64,000 bases of DNA from a virus, in the IMG/VR virus record IMGVR_UViG_3300008117_000049, positions 32,001 to 96,000 of that record; one strand, written 5' to 3'. The position numbers were made by a program, and so were the translations under genes. The notes under the pieces were generated by a model. It did no database searches and was not told the origin of the DNA. It saw only the letters and a list, made by a program, of their open reading frames with translations. Below are positions 48,167 through 56,944 of the stretch, piece by piece (the first letter of the stretch is position 1; the number at the start of each line of letters is the position of its first letter).

Positions 48167-48459
48167 TCTCAAAACAAAAGTCCCGCGTTGGAAGACGCGG
48201 GATTTTTTGTGCCGTTTTTTGTGGGGTAGGGATTTTTCCATGCCATCCATGAGCATGGAAAAACACGCCACCCGGCTCCGACCTGAGATGGAGAAGAGTT
48301 CTTGTCAGTGTGCTGGTGTATCTCGGAAAAAACATAAGAACACCGAAAACCTGTGCGATAGGCAAAGATAACGATTTGGTAACGAAAGAAAAAAGTTTGC
48401 TGTTCGGGAATAAAAAGTCAGTGCGACCTGTTATAGTTAGTATGAAAGGAGGTAGTCAA

Positions 48460-48918
48460 ATGACTATCACATCACCCACCCCGGCTCGCCCGGCCTCTGA
48501 AAAGCAGGTTGCTTTTCTCAAAACCCTTATTAGCGAAAGGGCAAACGACCTTGTTGTTGATTTTGCCACTCTCACTTCTAAGCAAGCCAGCGACCTTATT
48601 GGTTCGCTAATCTCCGCCCCACGCAACAACGCCCCTGTTGCTGAAGGTATGTATCGCAACGCCAATGGCGTTATCTACAAGGTTCAAGCAAGTCGAGAGA
48701 CAGGCAACCTTTACGCAAAAGTCCTTGATGTTGCTGAACGCAAGTTCATCTACGAGCAGGGCGCTATGCGTGGTCTAACTGCCGAAATGCGTATGACTAT
48801 TGAAGAGGCGAAAGCCTTTGGCGTTGAATACGGTTTCTGCGTATGGTGCGGTAAGTTCCTTACCGACCCTGTATCAGTTGCTCAGGGTATCGGCCCGGTT
48901 TGTGCGGGTAGGGTCTAA
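48460..48918 (+). CDS. DUF6011-like Zn-finger protein
   Basis: PASEKQ N-terminus; CVWCGKFLTDPVSVAQGIGPVC. Confidence 0.72.
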   Translation: MTITSPTPARPASEKQVAFLKTLISERANDLVVDFATLTSKQASDLIGSLISAPRNNAPVAEGMYRNANGVIYKVQASRETGNLYAKVLDVAERKFIYEQGAMRGLTAEMRMTIEEAKAFGVEYGFCVWCGKFLTDPVSVAQGIGPVCAGRV

Positions 48919-49064
48919 TGGCTACCAACACCGAACCTAAGTCGGCTTGCTGTAACGCCGACTACCTGTGGCTACATTGTGACGAGTGCGAACTTGCGCT
49001 CAATGACGGTGAGGGTCACGACTTCGCTACTTGTTCAAACTGCGGTGCGGACATAGACGACTAA
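48918..49064 (+). CDS. 48-aa Cys-rich peptide
   Basis: SACCNA..CDEC..H..CSNC; coupled TAATG. Confidence 0.55.
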   Translation: MATNTEPKSACCNADYLWLHCDECELALNDGEGHDFATCSNCGADIDD

Positions 49065-49066
49065 AC

Positions 49067-49392
49067 ACGGCTCGCCCCTAGAAAGCCCTTGCTGGAAACG
49101 GCAAGGGTTTTTCTTTATCTGGAACGGCTGGCTTGCTGAACACCGTTAGCAGTTCTAACGGCTCGCCTTTGACGGCAAGCCTGTATAAAAGCCAACGGCT
49201 AGCCTTTGACGGCTCGCCCTATAAGCCAACGGCTAGCAACTAACGGCTAGCCTTTAAAACACTAACGGCAAGCCTTTTTGACGGCTTGCCTTTTACAAAC
49301 TAACGGCAAGCCTTATAAGAGATAAAAAGCCAACGGTGAGCCTTTTTACGAGTGGTATGTAGGTAGGCGTGAAAAAAGCCAACGGTAAGCCT
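49067..49392 (+). repeat. Dense oriented ACGG(C/T)NNGCC array
   Basis: About 14 same-strand copies; core spacing alternates 14-16 and 20-23 bp. Confidence 0.85.
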
Positions 49393-49614
49393 TTTTAATG
49401 ATTAATTACAAATAAAAATACAGAGGCATTGCGTCTGGAAAAGTGGAGAAGAAAAACGCAAGAGGGAGAAAAAACATAAAAATACGAAGACATGGGAGAA
49501 AAAATGCGAAAAGAGGCGAAAGGAAAAAAAGGCAACCCAGGCTGGCCTGGGGGACTTTATTACATAAGCATCTGGTTTGGAAGACTTGCATTTCTGGAAG
49601 ATTTATGTAGTTCT

Positions 49615-49668
49615 GGAAGATTTGTAAAGATTTGTAAAGATTTGGAAGATTTGGAAGATTTGGATTTG
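49615..49668 (+). repeat. AAGATTTG tandem repeat (9-10 bp period)
   Basis: GGAAGATTT GTAAAGATTT GTAAAGATTT GGAAGATTT GGAAGATTT GGATTT. Confidence 0.8.
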
Positions 49669-50283
49669 GTGGGAAGTGGGCTGGAAGTGGCTTTGGGTCG
49701 CCTGTTTGGGCTGGAAGTTCGCTTCTGGTGGGCTGGACTTGGGTTCATGGGAGAAAGTTGGTTGGAAGGTCGCTTTCCGGGGGGGCCTGGGTAGGTGGTA
49801 TTTCCATGCAGAATGTTATTAAAACCTCGCTCCTCTGGCTGAAATGAAGCCTCATCAACAATGGAAGTTCTGTTTGGGAGAAGTTTATTCGCTCAGTGGG
49901 AGAAAGTTTGTAAGTATAAGAAGATGATTTACACATGTCAAGCGATTTGCAAAATTAATTTCGCATGTCTGCATGGAAAAACTGCCTGGGCGAACAAATA
50001 AAAACATAAGATTCATCAGTGTAAAGGTCGGATGGAGAAAAAAATGAAGAGAAGATTTCTTGTCAGCAAAAAATAACATAAAAATAAAACATGTATAAAA
50101 CATGTTTGAGAAAAAGTCCAGAAGATTTCTTGTCAGTAAAAAAAATACGAGTGCGTGCAGTTCCAGGTTCCTGGAATTTCCATGCTTCTTATGTTTTAAA
50201 TTTCTGCCTCTCGTCTGCTTCCTCTCATCAAATAGATTTGATTTCTCATTTGGATTTGGGCTGGGCTGTGCGTGCAGACATTT

Positions 50284-50344
50284 ATAACAGGTTGGTAACA
50301 AACATAACACTTGGGAAGTTATTGGCAAGTTATCTGGTTTTAAT
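50284..50344 (+). promoter_or_regulatory. MtrA-type direct repeat plus SigR/SigH-type promoter
   Basis: ATAACA-GGTTG-GTAACA; GGAAG(50314)-N18-GTT. Confidence 0.6.
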
Positions 50345-50366
50345 TAAGTAGAAAGGTGGTGAAAAT

Positions 50367-50480
50367 ATGGACACTAATGTTTGCGAAACCCCTTGGTGTG
50401 ACCACGAATTAAGTGGCGATAACATCAAAAGTTGGGCTGGCAAGAATGGTTATTGTGATTCTTGCTGGTTGCTGGGCTAA
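50367..50480 (+). CDS. 37-aa Cys-rich peptide
   Basis: GAAAGGTGG RBS; CETPWC...YCDSCW; followed by terminator. Confidence 0.55.
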   Translation: MDTNVCETPWCDHELSGDNIKSWAGKNGYCDSCWLLG

Positions 50481-50742
50481 ATAGTTCAGTTTAGATTTCC
50501 CCGAATCAGTTGGTTCGGGGATTTCTATTTAATCTGCTTCTGCAACTCGGATGCAACTCGGATGGAGGGTGCGAAAGTTTCCTGCCGTGTGCATGGAAAC
50601 CCAGGGGACCTGGAATTTCTTCTGCATCACGGGAATCTTTGCGTCAAGAAGTTTGTTGCGTTTGGAGATTATTATAATGATTTGATAACGACAGGAATAA
50701 ATACGGGGGATTATCCGTTTATGTTAGTGAGATAGAAAGGAA

Positions 50743-50925
50743 GTGATTACTATGCCGATACTAAACAGCAAGGGCGAAGCCTTTATTGAGTGCGGGGGTT
50801 GCGGAAACCTATTTGACCCAAGCACCGAAGTAAAGATTTACGAAACCCACGACTGCGAAACCTACAATGTTTGTAGTGATGAATGCGGTTGTGGCGACCC
50901 CGGGTGCGACACAATAGCAAAGTAA
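50743..50925 (+). CDS. Cys-rich small protein
   Basis: ORF track; GAAAGGAAG RBS; own promoter and terminator. Confidence 0.6.
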   Translation: MITMPILNSKGEAFIECGGCGNLFDPSTEVKIYETHDCETYNVCSDECGCGDPGCDTIAK

Positions 50926-51215
50926 TAACTGAATACCGCAAGTGCCAACTCCATTCGGGGTTGGCATTTGTGTTTAACGCCGAAACCCAGAGAACGCAGG
51001 TGGATGCTGAATTATTTTGAGCCGGGGTTCCTAGAATTTCCATGCCCGGTTTTTCGTTTGGATACGCCGTCATTCGCTGTGATGAGTGGTGGGGCTTCCT
51101 CATCTATAACATAAGAGAACGCCGACTTGTGTGATAACGATTTATAACGATTTGATAACAACGCCGATGCTTGGGAAGTTTTTGTCGGGGGCGGGGGTTA
51201 TTATAACTATGAAAG

Positions 51216-51497
51216 GTGGTGATTACTATGGAACTAAATGACGCGGGGCAACAAGTTGTTGGTGGTATTCCACAAACTAAACTTACGCCGAGTGACCTTG
51301 TTAAGTATTGGGGTGCGATTATTGGTGCGAACACCGATGGCGACCTAGCAACTTGGCAACACGACACAACTATCGTCAACATCTTTACCTCAAACCAAGA
51401 TGGAACTTACGACTTCTCAACTTACATAGAAGAAGACTTAGAGGGCCGGGATTTGGATTTTGTGATGGAGATGGTCGACCAGCAGTTGTTTATCTAA
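51216..51497 (+). CDS. Hypothetical protein (start probably 51228)
   Basis: GAAAGGTGG RBS; own promoter. Confidence 0.6.
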   Translation: MVITMELNDAGQQVVGGIPQTKLTPSDLVKYWGAIIGANTDGDLATWQHDTTIVNIFTSNQDGTYDFSTYIEEDLEGRDLDFVMEMVDQQLFI

Positions 51498-51574
51498 ACC
51501 AATGCCGAACCCTCTGGGAATAATTTGTCAGGGGGTTCGGTTATTATTCTTTTACACCGAGAGGAGGTGGGACT

Positions 51575-51808
51575 ATGGAACTAACAGCAGTAGAAGAGCA
51601 AGCAGTAAAGGCTATCTACACCGATTATCACAATGGGACAACTAACGCCGATGAAGCGTTGCACGCTTTGGAGCAACTAATCAATGGTGGACTATTGCCT
51701 TGCGATAAGTGCGGGGAGAAGATAGAAGCAGATACACACGCCGAAGAACTTGGTATGTGCGTTGAATGCTCAAACGCTTTCTTTACTCACAAAGACGAGG
51801 CAAACTAA
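51575..51808 (+). CDS. Small Zn-finger protein
   Basis: GAGGAGG RBS; CDKC..CVEC. Confidence 0.6.
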   Translation: MELTAVEEQAVKAIYTDYHNGTTNADEALHALEQLINGGLLPCDKCGEKIEADTHAEELGMCVECSNAFFTHKDEAN

Positions 51809-51985
51809 CACCGAATCTTCCAAACACGACCCTCAACTCAGGTTGGGGGTTTTGTTTTGCTGGGCTCGGCTGGGTGGGCTGCCGAATTTTCCATTCCCTA
51901 AACGCCGTGTTATTTTATTTTTAGAAAAAGTATTGACATCCGCTGGGGCAATGTTTATAATAAAGTTATGCGAAAGGAGGAACTC

Positions 51986-52198
51986 ATGCATGAATACGAA
52001 AAAACTTTACAAAAGTTATGTGCCGAACTTGTTGTTGAGCAAGGAAAGAACGCGGTTTTTGACTTCGTGAAGCAAAATCATAGAGAACTGAGTTGGTATT
52101 TCTGTCTGGAATGCAAAAGTGAGTGTCCTGCGACATCAAATCAAGTTTGTTTGGTGTGCGGTGCAAACATTTTTGATGAAGACGACCCAACCATCTAA
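51986..52198 (+). CDS. Small Zn-finger protein
   Basis: AAGGAGG RBS; CLEC..CLVC. Confidence 0.55.
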   Translation: MHEYEKTLQKLCAELVVEQGKNAVFDFVKQNHRELSWYFCLECKSECPATSNQVCLVCGANIFDEDDPTI

Positions 52199-52551
52199 AA
52201 AGTATCCCGTATTGGAGAAAAAAGCCGATGCGGGATAGTTTTTTGTTCGCCATGGGCATGGAAAATGCGGCGACCCTGACTTGACTTTTGTTTTATTATC
52301 TGGGACAATGTAATCAACAACCAATACCGAAAGGAGATGAAAATGGAATACGAGTTTCTATTTACGATGTGGGAGTGCACCGCTTGTGCTCACCTTTACA
52401 ATAACGAGCAAGAAAAATGCACGAACTGCCACAACGAGTGCAAACCTATAAAAATTAAAGGCGTAAGAGCCTAAACCCCCGTTATCAAATTGTTATGAAC
52501 TGCCGATAGAAATACTTGACTAATTTGTGCCGTAGGGTATAGATTTGCTGT

Positions 52552-52764
52552 ATGGCAACAAAATCTCTCGGAAAGGAGAACGCAATGAAAATTGTTATTG
52601 CTTTGCTAGGTATGTGGTGTTTTTGGAATTGTCTTCGCATCACCGACCAACTCGGACACGCCTTTATCTTTGGTGGAAACTTACCTGCTCTATGGGCTGG
52701 GCTTTTGCTTTTCTTCTCTGGGTTTGTGGGCTGTGTAGTGTATCTGTTTGGAAACAGGGAATAA
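52552..52764 (+). CDS. Small membrane protein (start probably 52585)
   Basis: Two hydrophobic segments; GAAAGGAG RBS. Confidence 0.55.
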   Translation: MATKSLGKENAMKIVIALLGMWCFWNCLRITDQLGHAFIFGGNLPALWAGLLLFFSGFVGCVVYLFGNRE

Positions 52765-52815
52765 AATGTCTGCCGTTTTAGTTATAGTAATTATCAAGAA
52801 AGGAATTGATAACTA

Positions 52816-53031
52816 ATGGAAAAAACAAAAATAAGAGTAGAACTGATTTCTACTTCCGACCCTTATACAAATCTAACTAAGGGTGCATTAGGAACTAAGG
52901 TGATGGAATACATTGACCCTTGGGGATACCGAACAATTGTAGTGCAATGGGACAATGGCTCTAACCTAAGTCTTATCGAAGGTTCGGGAGATAGTTGGAG
53001 AGAGATTACGGAAGTGGTGGATAATGTATAA
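52816..53031 (+). CDS. DUF4314-like protein
   Basis: RVELIS.SDPY..L..G..GT...ID..G....VQWDNGSNLSLI...D. Confidence 0.7.
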   Translation: MEKTKIRVELISTSDPYTNLTKGALGTKVMEYIDPWGYRTIVVQWDNGSNLSLIEGSGDSWREITEVVDNV

Positions 53032-53227
53032 CTATTCATCAGCAACTTATACAGTCACTCTGACCACAAACTCTACGAGTTACATTACGAGTGTTACAAC
53101 ACCGACAACTGACCAAGAAGAAATTATTGACTTGGCGATAGAACGCATAAAAGAAGAAGATGGTTTTGACTTATCTAATCACAAGTTAGTTGATACCGAT
53201 GTAGAAGTATTGGAAGTGTGGGACTAA
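53024..53227 (+). CDS. Hypothetical protein
   Basis: Coupled ORF. Confidence 0.5.
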   Translation: MYNYSSATYTVTLTTNSTSYITSVTTPTTDQEEIIDLAIERIKEEDGFDLSNHKLVDTDVEVLEVWD

Positions 53228-53505
53228 TGAGTGCTACCGATTACAACGACCTAAGCCGACACATAGGACACGATGTAGTAGTTGTGACCTATGCCGATAC
53301 TAATGTCGCCATTGAGTGCGAAGAGTGTAGTGAAGTGCTACTGGACTTTGACAAAGAAGTTGAGTGCGAGAACCACACTTGGACTTTACAAATGAACATA
53401 GCCAACACCCCGACACAGAACTGGTGCGAAGAGTGTGGAGCAACTGAACCTGCCGACCCTGAAGATGTGGCAGAACAAATCCGACTATTAGGAGAGAACG
53501 ACTAA
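53227..53505 (+). CDS. Hypothetical Zn-binding protein
   Basis: HIGHDVVVVTY..NVAIECEECSEVL. Confidence 0.6.
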   Translation: MSATDYNDLSRHIGHDVVVVTYADTNVAIECEECSEVLLDFDKEVECENHTWTLQMNIANTPTQNWCEECGATEPADPEDVAEQIRLLGEND

Positions 53506-53628
53506 TGAACGATAAAGAAAAAGAACTAATCAACAATAAAGAAAAAGCGTTGATAAATGTTAGAACCATTCAGATTTGTTTGCGTATGGGTTTGACTATG
53601 GAACAAATTAAGAAAGTGCTGGATAAAA

Positions 53629-54021
53629 ATGAATCAGGAAACTAAAATCAACACCGAAAGATTATCCCCTGAGTTTTATGTCTGGGAAACTGGATACGAA
53701 GAAGTCTGGGCTGATAAAGATAATCCATTTTTCGTAGTGCGAAATGGCGAAATGCGTATCCACAAAACCGAAAAAGATGGAAGTGTAAAGATAATCAGAT
53801 ACACCGATGCTTTGCTAAAAGAAATCAGCAACGATGGGGAACTTAGCAAATTGTATGAACAAGATGAAGAACTGCTAACAATAGTTATGAACCCTTGGTT
53901 TGAGATTTACTCTATCCATCACACCGACTACTACTCTGAGCCGTTTTCTGAACTGGACAAGGCGATAGATTACGCAAGAGAAATGCTGGTGAAGTATCCC
54001 GATGGGATAGTTACCGACTAA
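53629..54021 (+). CDS. Hypothetical protein
   Basis: GEMRI..IRYT..NPWFE. Confidence 0.6.
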   Translation: MNQETKINTERLSPEFYVWETGYEEVWADKDNPFFVVRNGEMRIHKTEKDGSVKIIRYTDALLKEISNDGELSKLYEQDEELLTIVMNPWFEIYSIHHTDYYSEPFSELDKAIDYAREMLVKYPDGIVTD

Positions 54022-54122
54022 AAGAGAGAAAGAGAAACTGGCTTGGGAAACCGAGCCTTTTTCTTTATGCCGAAGATGGCGTGGGCAGCCTGTTTTTCCG
54101 TTCACAATGCTACCTTTGTAGC

Positions 54123-54395
54123 ATGTCCTTTCACTCTGCTACACCGATAAAACTGCTTGACGCGTTTGATGAACGCATCTCTTTTCTTTACTTCCTTTCA
54201 GGTGGGGTGCATGATGGGAGAATAGTTCTGATTTCCTCGTTGGCGAGGCAGGATTATGAAGAAACAAGTGTCTTTCTCTGTAATGATTTGGAGGGAGATG
54301 ATGTGGACTGGGGTAATTCGTTATCAACTATCCCGTATGTGGATACCGAAGATGCACTCAACAGGATAGGATACACAACGAAGATTTCCTCTTGA
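54123..54395 (+). CDS. Hypothetical protein
   Basis: ATG 6 nt below TACCTT; in ORF 54081..54395. Confidence 0.45.
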   Translation: MSFHSATPIKLLDAFDERISFLYFLSGGVHDGRIVLISSLARQDYEETSVFLCNDLEGDDVDWGNSLSTIPYVDTEDALNRIGYTTKISS

Positions 54396-54449
54396 CATGG
54401 AAAAACCTGCCGCCTACAATAAAACACAAGACGATAATGACAAAAGGAG

Positions 54450-54953
54450 ATGCCGATGGGCACGACTGTTGATGGATTGAAGCCGACTCACGCCGTAGGA
54501 GAGTCGTTCAGTAGAAATGTGTGGGGCTGGACTCCACTGAAGAACTATGTTCTTGAAAATCACAACAAATACGAGAAAGCCTTTCTTGATGGCAAACTCA
54601 CTAAACTCCAAGCAAGCAGACTGGCCGATGCTCTGTTTGAAGACATCGCAAGTGGCAAGGCCGAGAAATATGCCGATAACTTTATGCTCACTGTAAAAGC
54701 AGAGCCAACTGTCGTATGTGAAATCTGTGCTGGCACTGGTATTCGTGCCGATGAACTTGGAAAAGAAAAGGGTATGGACAAGATGGAGTTAGTGGCTCTG
54801 CTTGCCGAACAAGTTGGTAGGACACACGGATATTGCAATGGCTGTGGTGGGTTTGGCTCAAGGAAGACCAACAACAGTAGTTATTACTTAGAAGTAGAAG
54901 ATATCCAAGAGTTCGCCGAGTTTCTCAAAAACTCAGGTGGAGCAAACTGGTAA
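54450..54953 (+). CDS. DnaJ-type CxxCxGxG protein, paralogue 1
   Basis: FSRNVWGWTPL, CEICAGTG, CNGCGGFG, EFAEFL.NSGG. Confidence 0.7.
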   Translation: MPMGTTVDGLKPTHAVGESFSRNVWGWTPLKNYVLENHNKYEKAFLDGKLTKLQASRLADALFEDIASGKAEKYADNFMLTVKAEPTVVCEICAGTGIRADELGKEKGMDKMELVALLAEQVGRTHGYCNGCGGFGSRKTNNSSYYLEVEDIQEFAEFLKNSGGANW

Positions 54954-55046
54954 AAAATCTTTTGCGACACGCTTGACAAATGTCAGTGCCGTTGTGTAGA
55001 TTTCATATATACCAAATGGTAACAACAAACGATTGGAGAAAATACT

Positions 55047-55562
55047 ATGGGTATGGATGTATATGGCAAGAGCCCTAAGAACGAAACTGGCGAGTACTTC
55101 CGCCGTAATGTTTGGGGCTGGCGACCACTCTGGGACTACTGCGTTGATAACTTCAACGACCTAGTTGGCGAAGTATCTGGACATTACAACGATGGCGATG
55201 GATTGAACAACGCTGGCAGTTTGGAACTAGCACGCCGAATTAGAGAACAACTAAAAACTGGTGAGGCTAAGGATTACATTGAAAAGCGTAATTCTCGTTT
55301 AGCATCACTTGAACGACCTAACTGCGAACTCTGCCAAGGAACTGGTATTCGTACCGATGCACTTGGCGTAGAGCACAAGATGCCGATTAGAGAACTTTCA
55401 CCTGAGATGGCATCACTAACTAATCGCACACATGGTTGGTGTAATGGTTGCGATGGCGAAGGTAAGAAAGATGCGTGGGAAACTTCCTACTCACTTGACC
55501 TTGATGATTTAGAAGAGTTTGCCGAGTTCCTAGAGAACTCTGGTGGATTTGAGATTTGCTAA
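55047..55562 (+). CDS. DnaJ-type CxxCxGxG protein, paralogue 2
   Basis: FRRNVWGWRPL, CELCQGTG, CNGCDGEG, EFAEFLENSGGFEIC. Confidence 0.7.
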   Translation: MGMDVYGKSPKNETGEYFRRNVWGWRPLWDYCVDNFNDLVGEVSGHYNDGDGLNNAGSLELARRIREQLKTGEAKDYIEKRNSRLASLERPNCELCQGTGIRTDALGVEHKMPIRELSPEMASLTNRTHGWCNGCDGEGKKDAWETSYSLDLDDLEEFAEFLENSGGFEIC

Positions 55563-55843
55563 TGAAAGAGCAAACACAACTCACGAAAGGAGGGGTAAAA
55601 GTGAGAGCAAATATGACAAAAAAGAACGCCGATGCTAGTTGGGATTGGTTTGTTGCTATGTACACAAAGCGTGGCTACAAATCTCTAAACCAATTTGCGA
55701 TGGCTACTGGAATGCAGAAAAGCAGTCTAAGTAGATACTTCCATCAGCAACGACAGTTGCCGTCAGGTATGATGGCAAAACTCTGCCAAGAACTCAAAGT
55801 CACGCCAAACGAGATGATGAAAGCACTTGGTATGTGGCAGTAA
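55556..55843 (+). CDS. XRE-family HTH protein (start uncertain)
   Basis: SLNQFAMATGMQKSSLSRYF...P....LCQELKV. Confidence 0.68.
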   Translation: MLMKEQTQLTKGGVKVRANMTKKNADASWDWFVAMYTKRGYKSLNQFAMATGMQKSSLSRYFHQQRQLPSGMMAKLCQELKVTPNEMMKALGMWQ

Positions 55844-56011
55844 ACCCCGCTATTTAGTAGCAAACACCTGAGCCAAGTGTCTAAACTGGCTCTTTTTACA
55901 CATAAACACCGATTTATGTGGGTAAAATATTACCTATAACTGAATATGTATTGGGAGAACCAAAACAAACAACGACCAAGTACTAACTAACAAGGAAAGG
56001 TAGGTCGCCTA

Positions 56012-56593
56012 ATGAAATGGTTGCTGACAATAACAATGGCTTTGTTGCTCAATGGGTGTGTATCATCTTCGGCAATAGCAAGTCAGTTAGCAAAAGATGA
56101 AGTGACAAGGAGTGTGGAAACTCAACAAATTGTCGCATCAAAGAACATTTTCAATAACCCCGTAATATCTAAATCCACTTCGTTTGCGAAGTATGCGGAA
56201 AGTATTGAAAATAGAAAAAAACTGAATAAAGTCGTAATCCGATTAATACACCGAGTAGGTAAAACCCCCTATGTTCCGACTGGTTCATCTATTTATGGGT
56301 GGGACTGCTCTGGGATGGTCAGATGGGCTTACGAGCAACTGGGTGTAGAAGTACCACACTCAGCAACAGCACAAGCGTATGTTGGTGAAAGAGTATCTAA
56401 GAAAGAACGAAAAGTTGGAGATATAGTAATCTTTGGCTATCGTGGCTCTAAGAGTTTCTACCACTCCGCTATTTACATTGGTAAGGACAAGGTAGTAAAT
56501 GCCAATCGTGGATTTGGTGGAACTCACATACAGCCACTCTCCGATTACGAAAACAACAGAATAATCTATGTTCGGGTAATACCGACTGCGTAA
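56012..56593 (+). CDS. Exported NlpC/P60 peptidoglycan hydrolase
   Basis: Signal/lipobox LNGC; GKTPYV, DCSG, GDIV, HSAIYIG. Confidence 0.88.
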   Translation: MKWLLTITMALLLNGCVSSSAIASQLAKDEVTRSVETQQIVASKNIFNNPVISKSTSFAKYAESIENRKKLNKVVIRLIHRVGKTPYVPTGSSIYGWDCSGMVRWAYEQLGVEVPHSATAQAYVGERVSKKERKVGDIVIFGYRGSKSFYHSAIYIGKDKVVNANRGFGGTHIQPLSDYENNRIIYVRVIPTA

Positions 56594-56734
56594 AGATAAA
56601 CTTCAGGAACTCCCCGTCAGAAATGGCGGGGATTTCTCCTTCCTGGGCCGCCATTTTTTCTGTGCGTTTCCACTTGACAATGGGAATAAATTCCTATAAG
56701 TTTTAGTTATTGAATACATACCGAAAGGATTCAA

Positions 56735-56944
56735 ATGAAAACAATGATTGTTTCAATACCACTGGGACTGGGGCTACTTGCTTTGGGGCTCAGTATCAAG
56801 GCTGGCACACTGTCAATCAGTGCCGATAAGTTAGCCATACTCCTATCATCAATCACTCTTGTAGTTGGGGGTTTTGCTGGGCTCATCTTTGCTTGGCAGA
56901 ACAGACCACTGGCTCTTCGTAGAAATGTCAGGAGCAGAAGATAA
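56735..56944 (+). CDS. Small two-TM protein
   Basis: Hydrophobic helices; own promoter. Confidence 0.55.
   Translation: MKTMIVSIPLGLGLLALGLSIKAGTLSISADKLAILLSSITLVVGGFAGLIFAWQNRPLALRRNVRSRR

Noticed and set aside
49067-49392. CRISPR array
   Set aside because: Repeats are ~10 bp and degenerate, spacers short and mutually similar, no cas genes in the window
49406-50351. Several 60-147-aa ORFs in the skewed zone
   Set aside because: No RBS, repeat-derived composition, overlap with regulatory motifs
38415-51045. TTTTCCATG as DnaA boxes
   Set aside because: Consistently ends ATG rather than ACA and forms palindromic CCATGC/GCATGG pairs unlike DnaA boxes
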